A DNA stretch of 63,872 bases, counting the filler, from Lenisia limosa (lineage: Eukaryota > Protista > Breviatea), in assembly GCA_001655205.1 (NCBI GenBank). It is 10 parts of 10 records of this genome, joined end to end, with 100 filler letters (N's around TTAATTAATTAA, not from the genome) between each part and the next. Parts side by side here need not be neighbours in the genome. Positions count along the whole stretch, not along the records: positions 40,164 to 48,201 come from LPNZ01011588.1; positions 48,302 to 62,120 come from LPNZ01003534.1; 8 more parts are not named here. One strand, 5' to 3'. Positions 47,301 to 58,329 of this stretch are shown piece by piece (positions within the stretch are counted from its first letter, which is position 1; every line of letters begins with the position of its first letter). The notes under the pieces are model-generated. The model worked only from the letters and a program-made list of their open reading frames with translations, did no database searches and was not told where the DNA came from. Both the position numbers and the translations under genes were made by a program.

Positions 47301-47766
47301 TCCAGGAGTTCCGATGATAAGGTTAACATTACCACATAATCTGATCACGTCATCCTTTGTTAAAACCTGAAACTACTCTCACAGAAGTTCCTCCAAATGT
47401 TGATACAACTGCAAGGTCTAAGTATTTAGAAAAAGATTTAGCAATATGGGAAACTTGAAGAGCTAGCTCCCTTGTTGGAACAACAACAACAGCAATACGC
47501 CCATCAGCTGAAAGTAAACTTTCTAAAATTGGAATTAAATATGCTCCTGTTTTCCCTGTTCCATTTTTGGACCTTCCCAAAATATCCACTCCTGACAACG
47601 CAGATGGAATGCAAACATTACAACAAACAGTAAACCATGCCTCTTGAATTGGAGTTGGTGACACAAAGCCAGCTTCATGAAGCCCAAGGATTAACTTATG
47701 ATTGAGATGAAAATCTGAAAAGAAAACTGTGGACACACAATTAACATCTTCAGTTTGAGCCCTCAT
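41325..47766 (-). CDS. DDX6: DEAD-box RNA helicase DDX6/Dhh1/Me31B, apparently complete, 8 exons
   Basis: Exons 47766-47636, 47611-47377, 47354-47232, 47210-47086, 47060-46937, 46913-46797, 41652-41473 and 41447-41325 give [129 protein letters not shown]. Confidence 0.95.
41448..41472 (-). other. DDX6 intron 7, 25 nt, GT-TG (frame-shifting if retained)
   Basis: gtttgttttttactcttattatttg lies between RYGQ and IGLAINL. Confidence 0.88.
43141..44653 (+). pseudogene. Decayed piggyBac-type transposase inside DDX6 intron 6 (opposite strand)
   Basis: Motifs in order: PGRHLNV; [10 protein letters not shown]; [25 protein letters not shown]; C-terminal Cys-rich [27 protein letters not shown]. Contains a stop and a frameshift; TTAA/TIR ends not found. 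Confidence 0.72.
45456..45515. mobile_element. MITE family B copy (in DDX6 intron 6)
   Basis: TA|CAGTGACCGAGATAA...CGGTCAAGATATATCGCGTCACTG. Confidence 0.65.
46914..46936 (-). other. DDX6 intron 5, 23 nt, GT-TG (frame-shifting if retained)
   Basis: gtttttcacttttttttgatatg lies between SLFKK and LQINQ. Confidence 0.88.
47211..47231 (-). other. DDX6 intron 3, 21 nt, GT-TG, splits the DEAD motif
   Basis: gttgactttaattctaatttg lies between GAT GAG and GCT GAT. Confidence 0.9.
47612..47635 (-). other. DDX6 intron 1, 24 nt, GT-TG
   Basis: gtttactgtttgttgtaatgtttg; removal restores IQEA-C-IPSAL. Confidence 0.8.
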
Positions 47767-48201
47767 TACCACAACTGAACACAAGAACACAAAAACAATC
47801 CACTTATGCTAGTAGATTCAAAGTAGCTTATTCCTCAGTGTTCCAGCTGCACCTGGCACAGGGTGACGGTCTTTGTATAAACCCCCCAGGTGCCGGTATA
47901 ATGACCATTTTTTTTGCTCTTATTATCTCTTTTTACTACCTTTATCACGTCGAGGACTTCACGGTTTTAAATATGTGTTTTAAAGTAGTCTATAACTGCC
48001 CCCAAATTTGCCCAATTAGAAAAAGAGAAAAGTTGTAGGAAGTTAACCGTATTTTTCTGACGTTGTGTAAAAACACAGAAGACAAAGAAATGACGAAGGT
48101 TGGTGTTCTTTGGATTGTTTAAGTTTATATAGAACAATTATCAGAAAGGATGGCGAGGGAGAGGCCTTTTGATACTTGCGAAGTGCTGTTTACGAACTCC
48201 A

Positions 48202-48301
48202 NNNNNNNNNNNNNNNNNNNNNNNNNNNNNNNNNNNNNNNNNNNNTTAATTAATTAANNNNNNNNNNNNNNNNNNNNNNNNNNNNNNNNNNNNNNNNNNN
48301 N
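48202..48301. other. Artificial scaffold linker
   Basis: 44N + TTAATTAATTAA (48246-48257) + 44N. Confidence 0.98.
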
Positions 48302-48886
48302 GAAAATCAAAATAATTGCACACAAAAAAGGCAGGTCAAAAGGTTACTTTACAAATATTAAACAGAGTTAAATTGGGATGTAAAGGCTCAGCAAATCCCG
48401 TAATTAGCTTGTTAGCGAAGAAGCCAACACTATTTCCTTCCTGAAAATAACTACACATTACAGTACGATCATGAACACAATGCAATACCAACAAATTATT
48501 TCTCAAATCAAGAAAAAGCAATTTTGAAAGATTACCAATTTCTTCACACACAGTCTTTTTTAACATACAAAAGATACCTTTATGTAATTTCCTGCTAGCC
48601 TCACCTCAGTCAGACTACCAATACAAGTTAAACTCTTAGGAACTTCAGTTAACTGATTTGATGTTAAGGATATTTGCTCTAAAGGCAAAAGAGAAATTTC
48701 CTTCGGTAAATTTGCAATTCTATTTACGCTCAAAGACAAATATTTAAGAGATTGACAATTTCCAATTTCAGGAGGGATAAAACTCTAAATAATGAACAAA
48801 AGGTAAACAATTCCATTCTGCCCTAAATCTAAATCAACAAGTGAGACAAGCATTGAAATCACTTCAGGAACAACATGCAATTGACA
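48302..48886 (-). CDS. Leucine-rich-repeat protein fragment with micro-introns
   Basis: CQLHVVPEVISMLVSLVDLDLGQNGI|SFIPPEIGNCQSLKYLSLSVNRIANLPKEISLLPLEQISLTSNQLTEVPKSLTCIGSLTEVRLAGNYIK|TVCEEIGNLSKLLFLDLRNNLL. Introns 48785-48808 (24 nt) and 48555-48577 (23 nt) are both GT-AG. Confidence 0.85.
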
Positions 48887-49341
48887 CTAAAGAAATAATA
48901 AGACAAATAAATCTTTATTGATAATATGGTGGTTGTTTATTGTATTTTTGAGTAATATACATGTATGTACATGTATGTTATCACATACAGTATGTAGGTT
49001 AGTTGGATTTGGGTTGGAGTTGTTTTTATGATCTGTGTGATATTTTTCTCATATTCCAGTCTCTTCGCAAGAGAACGAGCAAAAAAGAATGCCGCTGCTG
49101 ATTCTTGGCTCAAACCCCAATTAAGTCACTTGGCAACCCGTTTGCGGCCCTTAAACTGCCACAAACAACCAAACCGTTATAATCGGCCACATTCAAGGAA
49201 TAAATGGCAACTATCCGGGAAAGTTTGACCTTGTAGAAAGCACTATTTTGAACTTTTCCCCCTCAAAATTCACCATTACATAGCCAAAGCAAGGGGGAAT
49301 CCATTACCAATTACTCCGAGGGGTACAATTTTTCGAAAAGA

Positions 49342-51117
49342 TTACCAATAAACGTTCTCACTAATAGAAGAGGCACTGAGACTGATTATTTTGAAATGGA
49401 GATGAGAGTGGCCAATTCCGCTCCCTCTCACAAGCAGCAAGACCCTTCCTCCACTACCGCTCATATTTCTTGCTGTTTGGACTTGGCGACCTTCTCGATG
49501 CGTTTTGGAATTATCAAATGGCTTATCAAACGCCAATAGCATTCAATACTCTACTTTATCAAGAAGCAGGATAACCTTTTTTATCATTACATCATTCATT
49601 ATAAATGTCACATGAAAGGGTTTAAAAACAACACTAGGATACTCGTTATATCTGTAACTTCTTTTATCAACGGCAAAAGCTTGAGTTCCGCGATGAGCAA
49701 TGGCACTTAACTCTGATCGACAAGACAAAGATGGTTATGATTGCTATAAAAACGTTTACTCTGGTCAGCCTCTCACTCTGAAGACGCATATGCTGAAGTA
49801 GTCATCAGCAAGTTTGACACATTGAAGGAGTTATTACCTGGTGAGCCAATTCTTTTCAAGGTGCTTTTCGAGGTGACGAAGGTGCTCTGGCGACGCAAGT
49901 CCCCAGGGGAAAGTATTGTTTTCTGTTGACATCTTTCACGCTACATTATCTCTATGGTGGTCAGCAAGACCAAGGATGTGGGCGCGAATGGCTTTGGTGG
50001 GTGTCAACGATAGTGGTGAAGGCGTGATGGATGTAGAACCTATCCTTCTTGAGTGTGGTTATATTATACTGTGTTGGAATTATAAAGTACCAACCTTTGC
50101 CACTTTTCAGGGTTGGGTATGATGAGAATGGATGTTACTGTTCGCCCCTTACTTACACTGCTATCAGTCGACCAACACTGCTAAAAGTACAAAACAACGA
50201 GTATCACCACACCCAAAATGCTATTCTCGCAATAGTTGTTCATAGATGAGACCAAATCTCGAACAGCATTGAATTTTGCTTTCTAGCTGTCATGGAATCG
50301 TTGAGCTGGTAAAGAGCCTGGCGAAGATGAGAAGGCTGAGAGAGCTGAGTGAGTTAAGGTGTACCAAAGAGAGATGTCATAAGAGCTCTTCTTTCGGGCT
50401 TGAATCGAGTTGTATTTTTTTTTATGAGGAGAATTTCATCAACTTTAAGTTATTTCCCTTTTTTTGTCTTTGGTGTTTGTGCACAGGTGCTCTTGTAACT
50501 CTTCTTGGATTCCTTGATGGCATGTTTATCTTTTGTATTGTATTTGCTTCAGAAATGAATCTATTTGCCCCTCCTCCCCTGTTTTGCTTCATCTATTAAC
50601 TGATCACCTCCAATTGCTTATCTTGAAGGCTACGTGTGAATTCATATCCTCCGCAACCGCTGCGCAATGTTATTCAGTGCTCTTGTCCTAACGATTGTTC
50701 CCTGTCGGACCTACAGAAGACAGCTCGGTGGGTATTGGCTGGTTAGCGGCGGACTGGGCTAGGAGGGCTCTGAGAACACGGACTGGATCATGGTCAAGGA
50801 GGGGAGAGGACTCCTAGGTAAAGGTGACGGGGGAGTGAGAGGGATTCTTTGTCAATTTAACTGTCATACTGGCCTCATCGCCGTCAAACTGGATGTTGTC
50901 GATGGTAGGGCACCTCTCTCAGGGTCCTTGGTGGTCGGGGGGAGGAAATCGCCAATGAGGCTGATAACCTGCGAGGTAAATGGCTCGGATGAGGATGTTC
51001 TTCTTCTTGTTGGGGCCAGTCGGGGGGCGGGTGCGTAGCTTGTGAAACTGGGCGGACGAATATCGGGGCCTGTTTCACTGGCTTGGACTTGTTAGCCTTG
51101 TTGATGCTCAAGATCAT
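49342..51117 (-). mobile_element. Degenerate non-LTR (LINE, APE + RT) retrotransposon remnant
   Basis: Broken frames give, in the expected order, ILIRAIY / SLIGDF / LDHDPV (APE-like) then GSPGNNSF / IAHRGTQAF..RS..N / LLAFDKPFD (RT-like). Many stops are present. Confidence 0.42.
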
Positions 51118-51280
51118 TCTGGATAATTAGTCAGCTATAACTCGTAAAAGTTGTCGTCACTTCTGCCAGATCTATAATGTGTTTTTTACCATCTCCAGCG
51201 TCTTAGTCGGAAGGACTTGGCAAACACAAACTGGACCTTACCGCCTCAACCAAAAAATTTCACGAAAAATCATATAAAAA

Positions 51281-51538
51281 TTGAAAAAGGAATCAGGACA
51301 GTAATGGTTGATGCCAATCCTCAGTAAGGTGAATAAGAAAAGCAGGGGGAAAATACCCCCTTCCCACTCCACTGAAGCTTCCAGTGCCCGTTTTGATGTA
51401 AGAGACACCGATGGGAGTCTTGAAATGTATGTGTTGTTCGGCGTCATGCCCCTGGAATATGACGGTCTTGGACAGGAGTCATACCTCGCAACCTTGAAAA
51501 AGGAATCAGGACAGTAATGGTTGATGCCAATCCTCAGT
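51281..51538 (+). repeat. Exact 45-bp direct repeat, period 213 bp
   Basis: TTGAAAAAGGAATCAGGACAGTAATGGTTGATGCCAATCCTCAGT at 51281-51325 and 51494-51538. Confidence 0.9.
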
Positions 51539-54500
51539 TTTAGGGTCACTAAGCCTATTTTCTCGTCTATGTGAGGTTGAAATTTCCTGGAACAGCACCA
51601 AACAACGTATAATAACATTTAAAAGGATCTTAGACATTTAACTTTGCACCTTGCTGATCTAACACCGCAAATGTCTCTGTCTCAAGATACAAAGGTTCGG
51701 GCGAAAAAATCATTATCATACCAGTAGATGGGTTATCACATCACTGCGTGGAAAATGAAAGTTCACCCGCGTGAAAAATGTAAAACGTACCAAATTTATC
51801 TGTTTTACTCGCAAAAACCCTCGTGCATGTTCATTTCGACTTGGAAGTCGGCCATATGATCTCTCGTGAACGTGGGACGTTTTAAAACGTCTATCAATTA
51901 TACTGATAATCAACTGTATGTGTGTGACATACTGTAAAGTAGTTGTCCGAGCGAGTTCAGTTATTTCCACGCGAAATCCCACATCGACTTCACGACTGGT
52001 CTTCTTCGGCTCCGCTAACTCAACCTTCCTGTTGATACAGCCACAGAAAGGTCTCGTAAGCTAGCGAGAAAAACAGGCAAAGGCAAACCGGTACTTTTGG
52101 GCTTCTATCACTGGGAGCGGTTGAGTAGGGGGGACGCCCTATCGGAAATCAGATTTCATTGATGATACCCAACTTTATATCCTGACAGCTGAGTGAAAAG
52201 ATTGCAACAATTTGAATCACCATATGATATGATTTAAAACTGTCTTCTTGCTGGAAAAAGAAAAAACAAATTAGAACTCCCAGGTTGCGAATATTTTCTT
52301 GGCTGGTAGGTTGATGTTAGCATCTTCCTTTATTCAAATTTAAGGTTGTGAACCTTGACAAATTATTAGTATTTCCTATCCATATCATTTTCTTGAAAAA
52401 AATTGCCTTAATGATAAATAAGGGTGCTGAAACTCGATAAATTAAAACAAAAAGGTCAAAGAAGATAGAGATGGTGATTAGAGATTACCCTAATTCTACC
52501 AGAAATGTCATTTATCTGTTTTAATGTTGTAATATTATTTATTATTTACATGCTACATATGATGCAGTATTTATCCCATCAAATCCCATGCTTGCCAAAT
52601 CCCCTGACAGCGTTTAACTAACCCTTAAAATTACAACAAGAGAATAGGAAGACTATGGAGGATAAAATGAGAATAATATGCTTACATTCCATCATAAAAA
52701 CTATCTGCTAATACAGTTATGAATTATTCTACAAAAAAACCTTGGTAAGCTGCAACTTTTTCAAAGACACCATTGACTGCATTTGAATCGGAAGTGAAGA
52801 TATCCTATTGTTCCGAAGAATTAAAGTCTGTAAATATTAAACAAAAAAGAAAGGGTGTGGGTTGGACAAAAATGATGCTTGTACACCTTTTATCCACCAG
52901 ACCTTATTGATCCAGTTTAAATACAGAGAAGGCAAAATGCAGCTTTTTCGCGATATTTAGAAAGAAAGAAAAAAAAAGGACTTAGAGGTCATTGACAAAA
53001 CTGCTGTCACTCGAAAAAAAATATAGCAGATGATATGAAGCAGTTATGACTGGAAATATACTGTTACTCAACCACTTGACAGTCTATATGTAGTATATGA
53101 TATTTATTATGCCGGGTAAATTTCAAAAAAAATAGTGAGTTTTCTTGTTCAAAGTAATCTTAAGGTGGTCGGTTTTTTGGCGGTTTTTGGAATTTTTCGA
53201 AAATGTAATATGCAGATTTTAACTTCCTCTGGAAATTTTCATTTAGAGTATGTGTCTGTTTTCGTTCCTTTGCCTCTTCTTACGCTGTCAATTAAGATAA
53301 TGCCATACCCTATTTACAGATCTTGGATGGAGACTTTCATTGGTTTCCCCTTGTCTCAAAGAGTTGCCTTATCTGGATGGTCATACTTATCACATGGCTT
53401 AAACTGAGTTTCGTCCTCTCATCCTTCAGGTTGGCGTCTCCCTGGTCAACCAGTGCACCTCTTCCCTCTTCCTTCCCCGTTGTCAAGTTTAGAAGGTATG
53501 TAACGCAGATGGAACGGGTTTAGTGTAACTTTTAAGGATTTCTCAGTGATCTCTTTCAACTGATTTTGCTGTGTTGCCTTGTCCCAGCTACTCCACTTCT
53601 CGACAAGAGCTCTTTCTTGATTCATGAATAACACTTTTTATTAACTTGTTCTCAGGAACTTATGCGTTTCTGATGCCTTCTGACTTGCATAAAAGACGAA
53701 ATAGTACCAAGATCATGAAGCCTCTTCACAAAACAACATCATCAGTTTAAGAAGATTATTTACCCTCTCCAATGCAGAAAAACACCTAATAGTCTTTTGT
53801 TATGTAAAACATGATGATGGGTTAGGAACAAACATTGGGTTATTCTTAGGGATTTAAGATAAAAAACATTCAAAAGCGTGAGAAAATAGTAGGGTGAAAG
53901 GGGGGGGGGGGACANNNNNNNNNNNNNNNNNNNNNNNNNNNNNNNNNNNNNNNNNNNNNNNNNNNNNNNNNNNNNNNNNNNNNNNNNNNNNNNNNNNNNN
54001 TACAATGCCTTCTTTGGCCTGCAACGCTAGCAGTATCTTACATCGAATATCCCTTGAAGAATCAACTAAAGATAATTAGAAGATGAGTATCAGTTACTTT
54101 ATATTAAGTGGAGCAACGTGTTTATATACTTGGTCAAGGGCACAGCTCTAAAATGAGAGGCAAATGGAAGCAGAAGGGAGAAATAGACAAGATCATGTTC
54201 AAAATAGAGCCACATTCCCTAAAATACCCTGATCAGTAATGTCTCACCTCAAGAGCGCCAAGATGGACCGAGAGGGTACTTCAGAAGAAAGCCCAAGATC
54301 AATTACCCCATCAAGGCTGATAACGAAGGTTTCTGTATAGTTAAGCAATCACAGCGGAGATGAATAGCCCTACCTCTTCTTCAAGAGGCAGAATTCTATC
54401 TTTAAGTCGTTTAACCTCCGCTTGAACCGTAATAAACTTATTGTATAATACTAAGAGCAACTCAGAGACAACGAGAAACAAAAATAATTCGAAAAATCAA

Positions 54501-57500
54501 ATTTGCGTGTCCCGCTAAACCTAGAAAACCCTAGATATTTAAAAAATTATTTATTTTAGACCACCAAATCATATTTTCACCAATACAACATGTCTAGGAT
54601 ATTAATAAACTAAATAGCTAGAACTTTAATGAGAATTAGTGAATCTAGAAATTGCAACACCTATCAGTGGCAGTTTCAATTTTGAAATAAGGAAAAAGTC
54701 ATTGCTCTGACGGACGAACTAGGCATACCCGATAGAGATCTGAGGAATCTTCACAAAAAAACCCAAGCAAATACCCCATACTGTTCAGTGTTTTGCTTCC
54801 TTCTGCTCCTCTCGTGTCTCTTTTTGATTGTATCTTTTGGTTTAGGTTTGATTTTGATGTGAAGATTAACCTTTTTTTGGATCTGTCCGTAAGATCTCTC
54901 TCCTTCATGGCTGAACTATCTGCTTTCTTCAGCCTTTTAAGGAAATGCATTCCTGAACTCAAATTATGACGTATTTTCCATTTATTGGTGAAATATTCTC
55001 GAAAATTAAGTCAAAACAGTCATTATGGGGGAAACGCAAGAGTAACATTGATTTAGAGAAAAGAAAAATATGGCAAAAGCCAAATGTAGTGACCGGGAAA
55101 ATGTTCTTAATTCTTAATAGAATTTTTGACCTTTTATGATTGTATAATTTCTGTAAAAAACGCTAAAGATCCCAGTTATCATTTTCAAAATTATGTTTAA
55201 AACAACAGTATATGAGTATAGTATATGATATGCTACTGGCCAAAAACCCCGTCAATAAATCATTTTTGGTGCTTTTTCACACTTTTTACACCATATGTTT
55301 GCTCGTTTGCCATTAAATATTAAATTTGGAATTAAACAACCTGCAGCTATTCAAAAAAATCAAAATATAAAAGTTTTTAGGTTGAAAACGTGAGAATTGG
55401 GGGAAATATCCTGAATAATGGGTGTTTTTGAAATATTCGAGAGGGGCTAAATCGCCAAAATGTCATATTTTGGGAAATGAGCGTTCAAAACATCCGTTTT
55501 GGAGTTTTTAATTTTTTTGAAAACCTCAAAAAAAGGTACCCGGGGGTATTTAAGTGGCTTTTTTTTTGTTCCCCTTGATTTTCCTTTTTATCAACTTTTT
55601 CAATTATGGAACTGGAGCCACTTGGAAACCAAAAACAAAGTTTGAAGGGTATATGAGTGGTATATGAGTTTTGATAGTAAATATTGTGCAATTTTTGGTG
55701 TGCTGAAGTAAGAAAGATTTTTCATTTTTACCCGGGTACCTGGAACCCTATTTTTTTATTAAATTTTTCTCACCCCCTGTATTGTTTTCTCATTCCCTCC
55801 TCCTTTTTGGCCAAATATATGATTGTAGAAATTTACCGCATAAAATATAAGCCATAATATAGCGAAAAGCAGAGAGGCACTTTTTCTACATCCCCGCCGT
55901 ACATTTCAGATTCTTTTTGTTCCCATTTTAGGATTATTTTGTTGTTTATGACCAATTTGCTAACTTCTCACCTTTTTAGAAGGGGAGAACAAGCAAACCN
56001 NNNNNNNNNNNNNNNNNNNNNNNNNNNNNNNNNNNNNNNNNNNNNNNNNNNNNNNNNNNNNNNNNNNNNNNNNNNNNNNNNNNNNNTCTGAAATTTACAA
56101 CCAAATTCGCCTTATGATCTAGATCTTCCTGATAATGTTCATTTTAGACAAAATATAATTTTTGAGAAATGACCAAAAAAGAAAAGCGTGAGTTACTCAT
56201 TTTCCCGATGGTATAATAAAAAATTACATATCATATTAGTATATGTATATATCATCATATATGTGGGTCCTCAAAGTTCCGGACACATCAAAATTCCCGG
56301 GCAGCTTAAAGTTGACACCCTATATAGGCCATTGTTAGTGTTTTTTGAGAAACTGCTTCGACCAGATACATAGAGAAATGGACCTCCTCATGTTCCCCAA
56401 CTTTTTATTTTTCAGTTTTCAGCAAATGTCAAAAATCCGTGAATTTGGTCTCCCCTTCGTTTTTGAAGAACCACTTTCTTTAATTAGAATTAAGCCCAGA
56501 CAGAGGGCTGTTGTGCTTAAAAAGGGACAGGTAAGAAATGGTTTAAATCTCGTGATTCAATTGTACCATATCACTCATAGTGATTGAGGTTGTTGCAAAT
56601 ATTGATGAACTGAAGGCAAAACTTGTGAGAAATTCCAAACTCTCAAAAAAACAGGCTCATTTGTGAACCATGCTACTTGTATGGATGTTGGAGGTCTGGC
56701 CAAATTGTCAAACAACCTCAAGAATAAAAAAAAGAGGAAAACAACTCCAGCTCAAAAGAAGCCACGTAAAAATTGATAGTGGTTGCTTTTTGTGCAATTT
56801 ATATTGATATATTTTTTCTTATTATTTTGGTTACATAGGGTCTTGATATTTCTATTCATAATTAACAAGCAAGAACTGAAAATGAGCAAACATCTGAGCA
56901 AACAACCAAAAAAAGTTATAATAACGAAAAAATGATTTCATGACGGGAAAATGATTTAATGACGGGGTTTTCGGCCGTAGCATATATTTTAGTAATGGAT
57001 CCACAAAATTAGAATGAAAGATACATTGGAGTTTGTCAGTCATTCAATTACAGTCCAACATTGGGTTGAATAAAAATTTAGTCTTTATAACATGGATCAT
57101 GTTTTTCTTCACCTCATATCCATACTTCAACCTTTTTCTTTCATTACATAGGTAATTGTACATTTAGAAATATAAAAGCAAAATATGTAATTTAGTAGAG
57201 CTAAAAGCCAAAATATTAATTATAAACTCATAAATGTCAACGCCATTGCTCCACTTTATATAACAAAACAACAAAGAAACAGTAACAAACCTCAACCCCT
57301 TTGGTTTTTAAAATCACCAAGGGAAAACTTGTTAAATTTTTCCCAGGTATAGATATTTCTTGAAGGTTTTGTCCTGCCCAGCACCACTACGTAATTAGAT
57401 TTGAAAAAGAATCTAAAAAAGCAGTCAAAATGAGATGAAGTTTACACATCTGATATAATATGATTTGATATGTAAAATATTGTAATTTTCGTCCGAGCTC

Positions 57501-57747
57501 TCCGAAGCGACTCGTGGAGCCCTTTTGAAAATGTTTGTTGTTACTCCGTGAAGTAACCCTTCTTCATTTCTTAGGCCCCACCCAAAAATGCCGAGCTGCG
57601 TGCCAAGCCCAGCGCCAAAACAGAGCGGAGTGGAGCCAATTCAACAAATATTTCACCTATTGTAGGTATTGGCAATATTAGCTACAGCTCTATTGAACAG
57701 AATTTGAACACAGAATCCACAGAATTTGAACAAATTCTTTCATACAT

Positions 57748-58329
57748 TTACATACCACCGGAACACAATAAACTTGAACTCGAATTATTCCGCTTAGAGA
57801 GCAAATCATTGCGTGAGGCAGCATCCGCAAGTTTATTATCAGCAGTCAATGTATGTTGATAATGAAGCGGTTTAGCGAGAAGCAAATAGCATTTGTGAGG
57901 CACCACCTTTATGAAACCAAGAGATTGCGCTCGTATTGTCACACCCCGCTAAAATGCTGGAGTTTGTTGGAAGATTCTTGCCAAAAATCATGTATGCGGC
58001 GTACTGCTATCAAGTAATCCGACCCTGTATAATTAGTGAAAGCATAAGACAAAAAGGTCGGCTAATAGTATAGTATGGTGAAGGCCACCCGAGATTCAGT
58101 CCACCCACCATTATGAAGGTCCCCCCAATATCTTCCACCAAGAGAGGCACTTGAGGAGGTCAATCCAGGCTTGGAAGGAGGGACTTCGTGAGTCGTCTCC
58201 AGATAGGCAGGACTCTACCTGTCCAGTTGAGCTTGCTGGTGATGGACTGAAGCTCGGACTATTGTGGGCAATATTGTCATAAAGTGCCAACAATGGGTTG
58301 AGAGGTTTTATGTAAAAAAGGGGTTTCAC
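57748..58329 (-). mobile_element. DIRS/Ngaro-type tyrosine-recombinase retroelement remnant (RT thumb + RNase H)
   Basis: LLKCLSWWKIL, then ILAGCDNTSAISWFHKGG, then ADNKLADAASRND; DIRS1-type RNase HI motifs broken by frameshifts. Confidence 0.72.

Noticed and set aside
53135-54420. Possible LTR-retrotransposon remnants (ALVDQG, FKPCDK)
   Set aside because: The motifs are too short and not in a consistent order; this cannot be supported without a profile search.
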